64,000 nt of DNA, from NCBI GenBank assembly GCA_964623775.1, contig CAZUVH010000001.1:155745-219744 (forward strand), written 5' to 3'. Below, piece by piece: positions 53,099-62,425 of the stretch. The translations under genes and the position numbers were made by a program. The stretch's first letter is position 1. Every line of letters starts with the position of its first letter. Origin of the DNA: an uncultured Candidatus Saccharibacteria bacterium (lineage in GTDB: Bacteria; Patescibacteriota; Minisyncoccia; Phycocordibacterales; UBA2100). The notes beneath the pieces are model-generated. The model was given only the letters and a program-made list of their open reading frames with translations. It was not told where the DNA came from and did no database searches.

Positions 53099-53570
53099 CC
53101 TTTGACCATCGCTCCTGATGGCTTGTCTGCGGGTCACTCGACCTACTACATACTGAACCCCCAAAAGGGAGGAGCATGGTGCCGATGTATGCTTACGCAA
53201 AACTCGGATAGAACCTTGAAAACTGAATATCAATTCGTATCAAATTCTGTAGCGGAATTTGGTATGAAAAGCAATGCAAAATTAGATGGAATTAATTCCA
53301 TCTGGTAAGCATCACACAAGCAACCAAGTAATAAAGTAATTAAGAAATTGAATTTCTAAAGAAATTCAATGCTGTCAGCGCTCGCTCGGTAATGAAAGTA
53401 AACTTTCATTCCGCTCGCTCGCTAGACAGACAAACAGTACTGCGTTCAATAATCCGTTGAACGTAGAGGAAAAAAGACCGATGAAAATCGGACATTCTTT
53501 TGTTCCGTCCAATCCTAAGATAAGAGCTCAAAACTCATGTATCGGGTGATCCCCTAAAAAGGTAATCACT

Positions 53571-55027
53571 TTTACTGAGAGTTTGATCCTAGCTCAGGGT
53601 GAATGCTGGCGGTATGGATAAGGCATGCAAGTCGAATGGGTTTAGACCCATGGCAGACGAGGTAGTAACACGTAGGAACGTACCCGGAAGTCGGGCATAA
53701 CCAGCCGAAAGGTTGGATAATTCCCGATGGTCTCGCAAGAGTAAAGATTTATCGCTTCCGGAGCGGCCTGCGTTGTATCACGCTAGTTGGTGAGGTAATG
53801 GCTCACCAAGGCTATGACGCATAGGGGACCTGAGAGGGTGACCCCCACCGATGAAACTGAGACACGGTTCATACCCCTACGGGGGGCTGCAGCCGAGAAT
53901 ATTCGACAATGGGCGAAAGCCTGATCGAGCGATACCGCGTGGTGGATGAAGTGCTTCGGCACGTAAACACCTTTTATGGAGGAGGAAGTCATTGACGTTA
54001 CTCCATGAATAAGGGGCTCCTAACTCTGTGCCAGCAGGAGCGGTAATACAGAGGCCCCAAGCATTACCCGGAATTACTGGGCGTAAAGAGTGCGTAGGTG
54101 GTCGTGTTAGTCGTTTGTTAAAAACCCGGGCCTAACCCGGGGAGTGCGAGCGAAACGGCACGACTAGAGGGAGTGAGAGGTGAATGGAACTCATGGTGTA
54201 GGGGTGAAATCCGTTGATATCATGGGGAACACCGAAAGCGAAGGCAATTCACTGGCACTTTCCTGACACTCAAGCACGAAAGCGTGGGTAGCGAACGGGA
54301 TTAGATACCCCGGTAGTCCACGCCCTAAACTATGTCAACTGGCTTTCCGGAGTATCGACCCTCTGGGAGGCGAAGCTAACGCGTTAAGTTGACCGCCTGG
54401 GTAGTACGGTCGCAAGACTAAAACTCAAAGGAATAGACGGGGGCTTGCACAAGTGGTGGAGCGTGTGGCTCAATTCGTCGCTAAGCGAAGAACCTTACCC
54501 AGACTAGAAATCCTACTGCACGTCTAGCGAAAGCTAGAAAGCCTTCGAGGGTGTAGGACAGGTGATGCATGGCTGTCGTCAGTTCGTGGTTTGAATCGTT
54601 CCCTTCAGTGGGGTAACGAACGCAACCCTCGTTGCCTGTTATATTTGTCAGGCGAGACTGCCCCCTCACGGGGGAGGAAGGTGAGGATGACGCCAAGTCA
54701 GCATGTCCCTCTGATGTCTGGGGCTGCACACGCGCTACAATCGCCGTTACAAAGGGGCGCAATACCGTAAGGTGGAGCAAATCCTTAAAAGCGGCGCCAG
54801 TTCGGATTGAGGGCTGCAACTCGCCCTCATGAAGCCGGAATCACTAGTAATCGTGGGTCAGCCACACCACGGTGAATACGTTCTCAAGCCTTGTACTCAC
54901 CGCCCGTCAAGTCAGGGAAGTTGGGAGTGCCCAAAGCCGACTCTTGTAGTCGTCCAAGGCAAACTCAATGACAAAGACTAAGTCGTAACAAGGCACGGGT
55001 AGCGGAAGCTGCTCGTGGAATCATTTC
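53571..55027 (+). rRNA. rrs: 16S ribosomal RNA (divergent: 530-loop variant; 3' end without CCUCC)
   Basis: 5' gagtttgatcctagctcag ... attagataccc ... ccgcccgtca ... aagtcgtaacaagg. Confidence 0.88.
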
Positions 55028-55224
55028 AAACGAAAGGTTTCGCGATTCGTCGTCGAAATCGTTTGTCGATTCGAATGGCTCAATTGACCATTCGACGAGT
55101 AATCACATTCAACTCAGAATGATGTGTGACACATGGGAAAGACCATGGGAAATGGACGGAACAAAAGAGTGTTAAAAAACTGTTAGCTGTGTGAAAGTAC
55201 AATCGATATTCAGAATTCAAAAGC

Positions 55225-55257
55225 AAAGGCCGCCCGAGAGGGCGGTCTTTGCATTTT
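55225..55257 (+). terminator. terminator after 16S
   Basis: aaaggccgcccgagagggcggtcttt followed by gcatttt. Confidence 0.65.
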
Positions 55258-55304
55258 CCGCAAATGATTGTATAGTGTCACCGGAAACTGAAAAGGGAAA
55301 ACAG

Positions 55305-55532
55305 ATGCCAGAAGCAAACCAGGAAAAAATACGCCTCGTAAATGAGCTCGTAGCACTTATGGGAGTTGCGCCAGGTCGGCAAGCCCTCGCATTCGCAAAC
55401 CTCTGGAGGCTGCCTGACGAGGAAATCACGTCCATGCGTGACCAGCTAGTGAAGGATCACGAAGAAATTCGCAAGGCGCTCAAGGAATGGCTGAAGCCCG
55501 GAGTGTACGAAGAGCTCTACGGCTCAGAATAA
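55305..55532 (+). CDS. hypothetical small protein
   Basis: A terminator follows at 55537-55575. Confidence 0.3.
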   Translation: MPEANQEKIRLVNELVALMGVAPGRQALAFANLWRLPDEEITSMRDQLVKDHEEIRKALKEWLKPGVYEELYGSE

Positions 55533-55628
55533 GAAATCAGCCGCCAGATCAATAGAATCTGGCGGTTTTTGTTTTGATACAGGGGCGTGTATAGTGACTG
55601 CGGAAAAGAGAGATAGCAGGAGATTCTT

Positions 55629-56369
55629 ATGACCGCGATGCCGATCTGGGCTTGGCCAATATTGGTAGCGATCGATTTGTGGCAAAAGTGGGTGCCACGC
55701 CGGTATGCGATACCGGGCAAGACTCGGGTCCGATACAATTTCAGTGGCGATGCCAACAGATCTGTGGGTGAGCAATATACGACGCATAAGCGTCCCGAAG
55801 AAGGTCTGGTTGTCGGATACCAATACGAATACGTCGGCCCCTGGAACAACAACCGTCGTTCCATCGGTACGTATGCCGATCACAAAAAGTTCCCCCAAGG
55901 ACTTATTGTGAAGCCTGATTCGGGAGGCGCACTCCGGTGCGTGCCGCTCGAAAATGCAAAGCTGATATCGGGATATGGACACACCATACCCGGGTTCGGA
56001 TACAAGCGGCACCGTGACTCATTTCGCCTCGGTCCTTTACCAAAGCCGCTTCAATTTTATCCGCGCGACACAGTCTTTCTCGTTTCGGATATCACGAAGA
56101 CCCCGAGAAAAATAGGGCGCATATTCTTTACGCCACTTGGTGAGCCCGAATATGAAGTACTTATGACTGATGATGAGATCCGACGTGAAAACGACCGTCG
56201 CAAGGAAGAAGCGCGGCTTGAAAACGAGAATCGCGCACCCGACGACGATTGGGAAAGGGGACACGTGATCTGCGAAGGCGGCACGTATTCGTGGGCACGT
56301 GATGGTGATCTCGTACTTGTGTCGCGAGCGAAAGTAGCGAGTCTTGGCGGCGCATACAAAGGTCTCTGA
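55629..56369 (+). CDS. hypothetical protein
   Basis: AGGAG sits 7 nt upstream. A terminator follows at 56378-56402. Confidence 0.45.
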   Translation: MTAMPIWAWPILVAIDLWQKWVPRRYAIPGKTRVRYNFSGDANRSVGEQYTTHKRPEEGLVVGYQYEYVGPWNNNRRSIGTYADHKKFPQGLIVKPDSGGALRCVPLENAKLISGYGHTIPGFGYKRHRDSFRLGPLPKPLQFYPRDTVFLVSDITKTPRKIGRIFFTPLGEPEYEVLMTDDEIRRENDRRKEEARLENENRAPDDDWERGHVICEGGTYSWARDGDLVLVSRAKVASLGGAYKGL

Positions 56370-56452
56370 AATAATTAAGCCCCGACTCGTCGGGGCTTTT
56401 TTGCGCTCGAGCGCACCATGGAGTAGTCTCTTGGTAGGAACAGGAGATAATC

Positions 56453-56692
56453 ATGCGTTATGTGGGCGGATTTATTTTTGCGACATTTCTCGCGTGCACC
56501 GCAGTGCCCCTGTACGTGCTCAGTGCAGTTGCGGTCATGCAGGTGGCCGTGTGCCCATTGACCTATATGGGTCGCGAAAAGCCACCGACAAATCCTGAGG
56601 CTCTGGAGAAGTGGAATCCTCCCGGTTTTACTGATTGCATCGCGTCGAGCTTTGGTTCGGTTGCAGGTCGGATCCAAAGAATATGGAAATGA
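56453..56692 (+). CDS. hypothetical small membrane protein
   Basis: AGGAG upstream. A bidirectional terminator follows at 56691-56727. Confidence 0.35.
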   Translation: MRYVGGFIFATFLACTAVPLYVLSAVAVMQVAVCPLTYMGREKPPTNPEALEKWNPPGFTDCIASSFGSVAGRIQRIWK

Positions 56693-56729
56693 AAAACCCC
56701 GGCACATTTGTGCCGGGGGCGTCTTTTGA

Positions 56730-57407
56730 TCACTTACGTTTGCAACCTTCTGATTTTCTTTCTTCGTGTGAGATCGGTTTTCTTCGCGCGCCCCTCCAAC
56801 GAAAGTAATCTTCCCCAGAGGGGAGGAGGACAGCTAATGTACCGTCTCCCTGAGTAGTCATTTCGCCCAGCAGAATCTCATACATAAGATTGAGAGACGC
56901 ATTTTTGCGCTCCGGGCTCCACGGAGATACGAATTCAATCGTCATCTCTGAACACGCGGAGATCTTGAAACCGAATGAGCCCTCAATCCAGGTATAGGGT
57001 GAATGCGTGAAATTCCATTCGCCAAAGAGAATTTCTACGTCCTTACTCCAATCGTTTCCGATTTTCATGCGGTATACATAGGCTGTCGACAGATTGAGAT
57101 CTTTTCCCCACTGCTTTCTTTGTTCGATCAGTAGTTCACTAAGTACGTTTGTGCCCGGGTCTTCCTCGGCGAGGTATGCGCGGCATTCAAAAGAAATAGT
57201 GAGACGTCTCGTGAGGACGAGTTTTGCCGCAGTATCGTCTTCGGAGCCGCCGTTTCTTTCTGTGTAGGTGCTGCGCACAGGCACTTCGCAAAGAGACGGA
57301 TCACCGTTACCTCTCGCATCGGCGTGGCGGATGGTCGAAAGGACGAACATGATACTCAGAAAAGCCAGCAGTAGTGCCGCACAAATCCATAAAAGAAACG
57401 TTCGCAT
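56730..57407 (-). CDS. hypothetical exported protein
   Basis: GAGGAG sits 6 nt upstream of ATG at 57407. Signal/TM N-terminus. Confidence 0.45.
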   Translation of the reverse strand: MRTFLLWICAALLLAFLSIMFVLSTIRHADARGNGDPSLCEVPVRSTYTERNGGSEDDTAAKLVLTRRLTISFECRAYLAEEDPGTNVLSELLIEQRKQWGKDLNLSTAYVYRMKIGNDWSKDVEILFGEWNFTHSPYTWIEGSFGFKISACSEMTIEFVSPWSPERKNASLNLMYEILLGEMTTQGDGTLAVLLPSGEDYFRWRGARRKPISHEERKSEGCKRK

Positions 57408-57547
57408 AGAACTCTCCTCGGATTTTTTCTGCACACCTCAAGGTGCAATTCTTGGGACACTATATGTGTCGTTACTTTATTGTGCAAACTATCCTGGATG
57501 GGTATAGTCGCGACGGTATAATAAAAACAGCAGTTCAAGGGAGAAAC

Positions 57548-57760
57548 GCCGTGCTTGCATTTATGGGTCCACCGCCCGCATACAGTCCGCCGAGGCCGGA
57601 AGAGCCGAAGAAGCCGAAAATCCCTCGGATGTCGCCGCTGCCGTTGCAGAAGGGTACTGTCGGTGAGCGGACATGGTTTGCAACCATCATCTTGCTCGTT
57701 CTCGTCACAAGTCCACTCTGGATCCCCCTGCTTATCATCTGTAGAGTTATCAAACTCTGA
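57548..57760 (+). CDS. hypothetical Pro-rich tail-anchored small protein (GTG start, doubtful)
   Basis: AGGGAG sits 6 nt upstream of a GTG. Confidence 0.2.
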   Translation, partial: AVLAFMGPPPAYSPPRPEEPKKPKIPRMSPLPLQKGTVGERTWFATIILLVLVTSPLWIPLLIICRVIKL

Positions 57761-57837
57761 CGCACTCCATCTCGTTGCAGATGGAGTGTTTCCTTATTAA
57801 AGTGCTTCCAGTCCACTCTGGTTTAGAGGAGATTCCA

Positions 57838-58428
57838 ATGCCGAAATATATGGTTACGGGCACCATTCCGTACGAGGCGGATGGTGGCCCCAGTTGGGGC
57901 AGTATCCACACCGCGTACCGCAACGGCGAAATTCACTTTGAGGCAAAAAACCTCAGAGCGGCTCAGGGATTTGTCGTCGATGCACTGTCCGGACGCAAGC
58001 TTGGGGAAGTTCACGCACTTTATTCGCTCGAAGGGGCCAGTCCCAAACTTGTCCCTTTTATAACTCCAAACGCGCGCTTGTCGATGATTGAGGTCTTGTT
58101 GTCACTCGGCCCCACCGACGAAAAAGTAATGGAGTATTCGAACTTTTCTGATGCAGAGTTACAGAAACTGTTCCGACAAGTTCAGAGCGAGGTGAAGAAG
58201 TTAACCCATCCGTTTTTGAAGCATCATGAGAAAGTCGAACGGGTCCTGAATCTGCTCAAGCGGCCAGATAATCGTCGCGAAATCGCACGGGCGTATCTCA
58301 TGGAGATACCCGACGAGTATCTCGATCGGATCGAGAACGATCTGAAGAACGAGAGAGAAGTATTCGTGTCAGCCGCGATGTCTGATTGGCTTCGGCCCGA
58401 CGCAGCCAGAGAGCTCTTTGGTAAGTGA
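57838..58428 (+). CDS. hypothetical protein
   Basis: AGAGGAG sits 6 nt upstream. A bidirectional terminator follows at 58431-58466. Confidence 0.45.
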   Translation: MPKYMVTGTIPYEADGGPSWGSIHTAYRNGEIHFEAKNLRAAQGFVVDALSGRKLGEVHALYSLEGASPKLVPFITPNARLSMIEVLLSLGPTDEKVMEYSNFSDAELQKLFRQVQSEVKKLTHPFLKHHEKVERVLNLLKRPDNRREIARAYLMEIPDEYLDRIENDLKNEREVFVSAAMSDWLRPDAARELFGK

Positions 58429-58469
58429 TCAAAAAGCCCCGGAGAAGTCCGGGGCCTTTCTTTTTAACG

Positions 58470-59693
58470 TTAGATGCAATACGTGGCGAGTGGCGCGAAG
58501 CCGTTGAAGCCGACGGATGAGTAGCTCGAAGTGTATGCGCCCGCTGCATGGATGCGAATCTTGTCACCCACTTGGAGAGAAAGAGGCAACTGGTACTGGA
58601 ATTTTTCATAGAGGATGTCGACGGAGTCGCAGCTTGGTCCCGCGAGTACCACGGGGCCTGTCGCACCCTTGCGGCCGATCACCTCGATACGGTACTTGAT
58701 CGCCTCATCATGCGTCTCAGCGAGGCCTCCGAATTTGCCGATATCGAGATAGACCCAGCGCACATCATCTCCGTACGATTTTTTAGAGATGAGTACGACT
58801 TCAGCTTCGATCACGCCTGCGTCGCCCACGAGTGAGCGACCCGGCTCAGTGATGATTTGGGGAAGATTTTCACCGAAATGCCGGCGCATCGCATCCATAA
58901 TAGCCGAGGCATACGAGGAGACTGGTGCGACCTTGTCCTGATAGTGTGCAGGCAATCCACCACCGATGTTGATCATGGTGAGCTCTATTCCGAGTTCCTT
59001 GAGTGAAGAAAATATAGCTGCAGCATCTTTGAGTGCCCCATCCCACTGGTCGAGGCGAGTTTGCTGGGAGCCGACGTGGAAGGAGATCCCGACTGGCTCC
59101 AGGCCAAGCTTTTTCGCTTTTATGAGTAGGTCACGCGCCATATCGATATCGCATCCGAATTTTCGTGAAAGCGGCCAATCAGCTCCCTCGCCGGTCGTGA
59201 GGAGTCGGCAGAAGACGCGGGATCCTGGAGCGGATCGCGCGAGCTTCTGGAGTTCGATTTCTGAATCAAATGCAAAAAGCCGCACGTGGCGCTCGTACGC
59301 GAAGGCGATGTCGCGCTCTTTCTTGATTGTATTGCCAAACGAAACTTTCTCGGGCGCAGCACCCGCGTTCAATACAAGATCAATCTCTGCGGGGGAGGCG
59401 ACATCAAACGATGATCCTAATTCGACGAGTCGTCTCACTACTTCGGGGGCAGGATTTGCTTTTACTGCGTAAAATATTTCGGCGGCCGGCATCGCTTTTT
59501 GGAGCGAATAATAATTTCCGGCGACAATATCTAGATTGACGACGAGAAAAGGCGTCTGCAATTGACGCTCTGCGATAAATTGCGCGATTTTAGCCGGCTG
59601 CCTTGGCAGCTGAATTTTGCGCGCACGATTTTTAAGGGAACTACGTAAACCAGGCTCCTCAAGAGTCGGCAATGTCCCAAGCTGTTTTTCCAT
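58470..59693 (-). CDS. fold-type III PLP-dependent decarboxylase, ornithine/lysine decarboxylase-like
   Basis: FYAVKAN Lys-PLP motif and C-terminal GAYTSSYSSVGFNGF. Confidence 0.75.
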   Translation of the reverse strand: MEKQLGTLPTLEEPGLRSSLKNRARKIQLPRQPAKIAQFIAERQLQTPFLVVNLDIVAGNYYSLQKAMPAAEIFYAVKANPAPEVVRRLVELGSSFDVASPAEIDLVLNAGAAPEKVSFGNTIKKERDIAFAYERHVRLFAFDSEIELQKLARSAPGSRVFCRLLTTGEGADWPLSRKFGCDIDMARDLLIKAKKLGLEPVGISFHVGSQQTRLDQWDGALKDAAAIFSSLKELGIELTMINIGGGLPAHYQDKVAPVSSYASAIMDAMRRHFGENLPQIITEPGRSLVGDAGVIEAEVVLISKKSYGDDVRWVYLDIGKFGGLAETHDEAIKYRIEVIGRKGATGPVVLAGPSCDSVDILYEKFQYQLPLSLQVGDKIRIHAAGAYTSSYSSVGFNGFAPLATYCI

Positions 59694-59944
59694 TTCTGAT
59701 GTGCATAATTATTATTCTGACAATACCGCTATAATACATCCATTTTCGGCAATGTATATAGTCTGGAGTCAAAGTGTGCATAACTGCCACTTTTTTGATA
59801 GTATCCGTTCGTTCGTAAGAAGTGCCAAAGTAGTGTAATCTTTGTGAAATAAAGGAGATGCGCCAGTGGCTCCGGTGGATGATACGAGGGTTCGAGCGCG
59901 CAGAGTTGTTTTGAGTTCTTTGGTTAAGGAGGGTTTAAATATAA

Positions 59945-60019
59945 GCGCCAGTAGTTCAGTGGTAGAACGCTGTCCTGATAAGACAGAGGTCGAAGGTCCG
60001 ATTCCTTCCTGGCGCACCA
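59945..60019 (+). tRNA. tRNA-Ile (anticodon GAT), CCA encoded
   Basis: Cloverleaf with 7-bp acceptor stem gcgccag/ctggcgc, anticodon loop cuGAUaa and T-loop tccgatt. Confidence 0.85.
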
Positions 60020-60039
60020 AGTAAATCCATAGCTACCCA

Positions 60040-60085
60040 CCAAGACAGAGGTGATGTAGTCCGATTCCTTCCTGGTGCACTACAA
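60040..60085 (+). pseudogene. decayed partial copy of the tRNA-Ile 3' half
   Basis: aagacagaggt...tccgattccttcctgg is shared with the tRNA. The T-stem is broken. Confidence 0.4.
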
Positions 60086-60118
60086 AGAAGAAACCCCGCA
60101 TTTCGCGGGGTTTCGAAG

Positions 60119-60628
60119 CTATTGCATGCACGTTTTATAAAGTTCGGTCGCTTGGCCGACGGGGCCGCTCCAGTATGTATCTTTTGTCGAAGTCAGCCAC
60201 TCTTTCATCAAGAGTCGCGACTCTTCGCGCATCAGTCCGCCGACGATCTTGGGCAATCTGCCTTGGTGGCGGGGCGGTACCCATTTCTCGAGTCGACTAC
60301 AGGCTCCGCCGTGTGGGTCTTCGAGCGCGTACACGACCCGCGATACGGGGAAGTGCAGGATAGCCCCCATGCACATCACACATGGTTCCATCGTCGTGTA
60401 GACCGTAATTTTTGAGTCCCGACTCGGCCGCCCCTCGAGGAAGTTGAGCGCGACCATTTCAGCGTGGCCGAAATATTTACTCGTGAAGGGGTTTGGCAAA
60501 TTACTGAGGCCGAGCACTTTTCCTTCTGCCGCGACGATCGCACCGACAGGCATCTTATCCTGTCTCAGAAATCCAGCAGCTATATTGATCGCAAGTTCCA
60601 TCAGTCGCTTGTCGTGCGCGGTATCCAT
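60119..60628 (-). CDS. tadA: tRNA-specific adenosine deaminase
   Basis: HAEMVAL and PCVMC zinc-binding CDA motifs. Confidence 0.8.
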   Translation of the reverse strand: MDTAHDKRLMELAINIAAGFLRQDKMPVGAIVAAEGKVLGLSNLPNPFTSKYFGHAEMVALNFLEGRPSRDSKITVYTTMEPCVMCMGAILHFPVSRVVYALEDPHGGACSRLEKWVPPRHQGRLPKIVGGLMREESRLLMKEWLTSTKDTYWSGPVGQATELYKTCMQ

Positions 60629-60706
60629 TGTGCAACTCCTTTATCTCGGAACAGACTACATCAAAATCGAATAAAAAACACCCCTCCTTGGGAGGGGTGC
60701 TCAAGA

Positions 60707-61402
60707 TCACTTTTTCTGATCGGGATAGAAGTTGTCCGGCAAAGGCATTTTCGCGAGATGCGCCGTCTCGTATGGTCGCATTGGCATCACATTGTAGACG
60801 TTCCATGTGCGGAGTCTGGTCTCGAGGTGCGGGATCACAAGCTTTTCCCACGGCATCTTCTCTCGATTCGGGTCCGCCTCATTGGCGATCTGTTTCATGT
60901 CGAATGCGAGGATCATATCGATCTCCTCACTTTTTATCGGCCGGACCTTGAAGCCGCCGAAGTCGTAATACTCCTTGAAGCTTCTAAGCCAATCTGCCGT
61001 TGGCTTTCCAAGCGAGCGGATCATGAAACCCGGTTTACCAGCTTTCAGCATATTCTTCGCTTCACCAGCGACACCGAGGCCGATACGGCCGTCGAGGTAA
61101 CCCATACATACGCACGCGTCACACTTTTCGATGAAATTGTAGAAGTAGCCCATGCCGCCGTGCTTCGTGTCGGCGAGGCTTGTGCGATTAGCCGCAGCTT
61201 TTTTGTAACCCTCCTGATGTTCGGGCTCGTTGGGATTCTCCACGCCGGCGCCGACGCGCTCATCGAACATTCTTGGGATTCCGAAATAATCGGCGATCAG
61301 CGAGACCGCTGATTTCTCGAGCGTCGGAATGGCGCTCGCCTTGACTCCCTCAGTGTCGTACATATTGACCTGATGTGCGAAATACGGACGTACCACGGTC
61401 AT
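60707..61402 (-). CDS. hypothetical protein
   Basis: AAGGAG sits 6 nt upstream of ATG at 61402. Contains a CDACVC motif. Confidence 0.45.
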   Translation of the reverse strand: MTVVRPYFAHQVNMYDTEGVKASAIPTLEKSAVSLIADYFGIPRMFDERVGAGVENPNEPEHQEGYKKAAANRTSLADTKHGGMGYFYNFIEKCDACVCMGYLDGRIGLGVAGEAKNMLKAGKPGFMIRSLGKPTADWLRSFKEYYDFGGFKVRPIKSEEIDMILAFDMKQIANEADPNREKMPWEKLVIPHLETRLRTWNVYNVMPMRPYETAHLAKMPLPDNFYPDQKK

Positions 61403-61514
61403 TTTCCACTCCTTCTTGTTTGGCTGCGCACATGGTACAGCCGTCCCCGTCATTGCCAATATTGACACGTCCGGGTTTCGTATGTACGTTCATCCCGGAC
61501 AAGAGGAGCTTGAA

Positions 61515-62156
61515 ATGAGATCGCACCCATTAGCATTTACCGACATTGAGACGACCGGTCACGATCCCGTGCGCATGGTCGATGGGATTCTTGTGCCGTG
61601 GCACGAAATCATCGATATAGGCTGTGTGCTCGTCGAACCGCGGACACATGAAGTGCTTGGTGAATTTGAGTGCAAGGTCAAGCCGCAGCATCTGGAGCGC
61701 TGCATCCCGAAGATCATCAACAACTACCCGGCGCGAGCTGCGGCAGGTGAGTGGAACGATGCGCTCGATCTGAAAGACGGGATCAATGGACTTTTTAATT
61801 TTCTTGAATCGCTCGCGGGCACCGCCTACTTTGCCGTTCCCGGCGGACAGAACTTCTTCTTCGACTGGTCGTTTTTCACTGTTGCATTTGCGCTTACGGG
61901 GCACAGTCAGGATGAAGTCAGTCGCAACTATCTGCATTACAGTCGATTCGACACACGTTCGATGGCGATCCAGGAATTGCGGGAACCGGGCACGCCGTTT
62001 GATCCCAATGATTACAGTGTACGCAGTGAGTCATTGGCGCGTCGACTCGGGATCAACCCAGAGCCGGAAGTGCACACGGCAATTAATGGCGCGCGCAAGT
62101 CTTTCGAGGTGTGGAAGAAGTTGGAGGAATTGAAGCAGAACAGATTCGTAAAATAA
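61515..62156 (+). CDS. 3'-5' exonuclease, DEDD (DnaQ-like) family
   Basis: Exo I motif FTDIETTG. GAGGAG RBS. Confidence 0.65.
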   Translation: MRSHPLAFTDIETTGHDPVRMVDGILVPWHEIIDIGCVLVEPRTHEVLGEFECKVKPQHLERCIPKIINNYPARAAAGEWNDALDLKDGINGLFNFLESLAGTAYFAVPGGQNFFFDWSFFTVAFALTGHSQDEVSRNYLHYSRFDTRSMAIQELREPGTPFDPNDYSVRSESLARRLGINPEPEVHTAINGARKSFEVWKKLEELKQNRFVK

Positions 62157-62196
62157 AAAATGCCCCGGACAAATTGTCCGGGGCCTACTTTTTTAC
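62155..62196. terminator. bidirectional terminator
   Basis: aaaaaatgccccggacaaattgtccggggcctactttttt. Confidence 0.7.
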
Positions 62197-62384
62197 TGGT
62201 CTTCTCCGCGTTCCCAAATCTCTTTGAGTTCGCCGGTGGATTTCTTCTGCAGCTTTTCCCGCAAGAGTTTGCGAGCCTGCAGATCGCTGTGGTCGTGTTC
62301 GCGGTCGACGATTTTCTCGACCAGGCTTGAAAACTCGGATCTCTCCTGCATGACGTCCTCCATCAACTGCCGAGACTCTATCAA
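62193..62384 (-). CDS. hypothetical small acidic protein (doubtful)
   Basis: Flanked by terminators on both sides. No clear RBS. Confidence 0.2.
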   Translation of the reverse strand: MIESRQLMEDVMQERSEFSSLVEKIVDREHDHSDLQARKLLREKLQKKSTGELKEIWERGEDQ

Positions 62385-62425
62385 AAAAGAAGAACCCCTG
62401 CCAATGGCAGGGGTTCAAGGAACAA

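Noticed and set aside
53571-55027. ORFs inside the 16S gene (for example 54481-54819, 54632-54832)
   Set aside because: They overlap conserved 16S sequence and are spurious.
60464-61312. 282-aa + strand ORF
   Set aside because: It is antisense to tadA and to the RBS-supported - strand gene 60707-61402. Its composition is Arg/His-rich and codon use is biased toward GC-rich frames.
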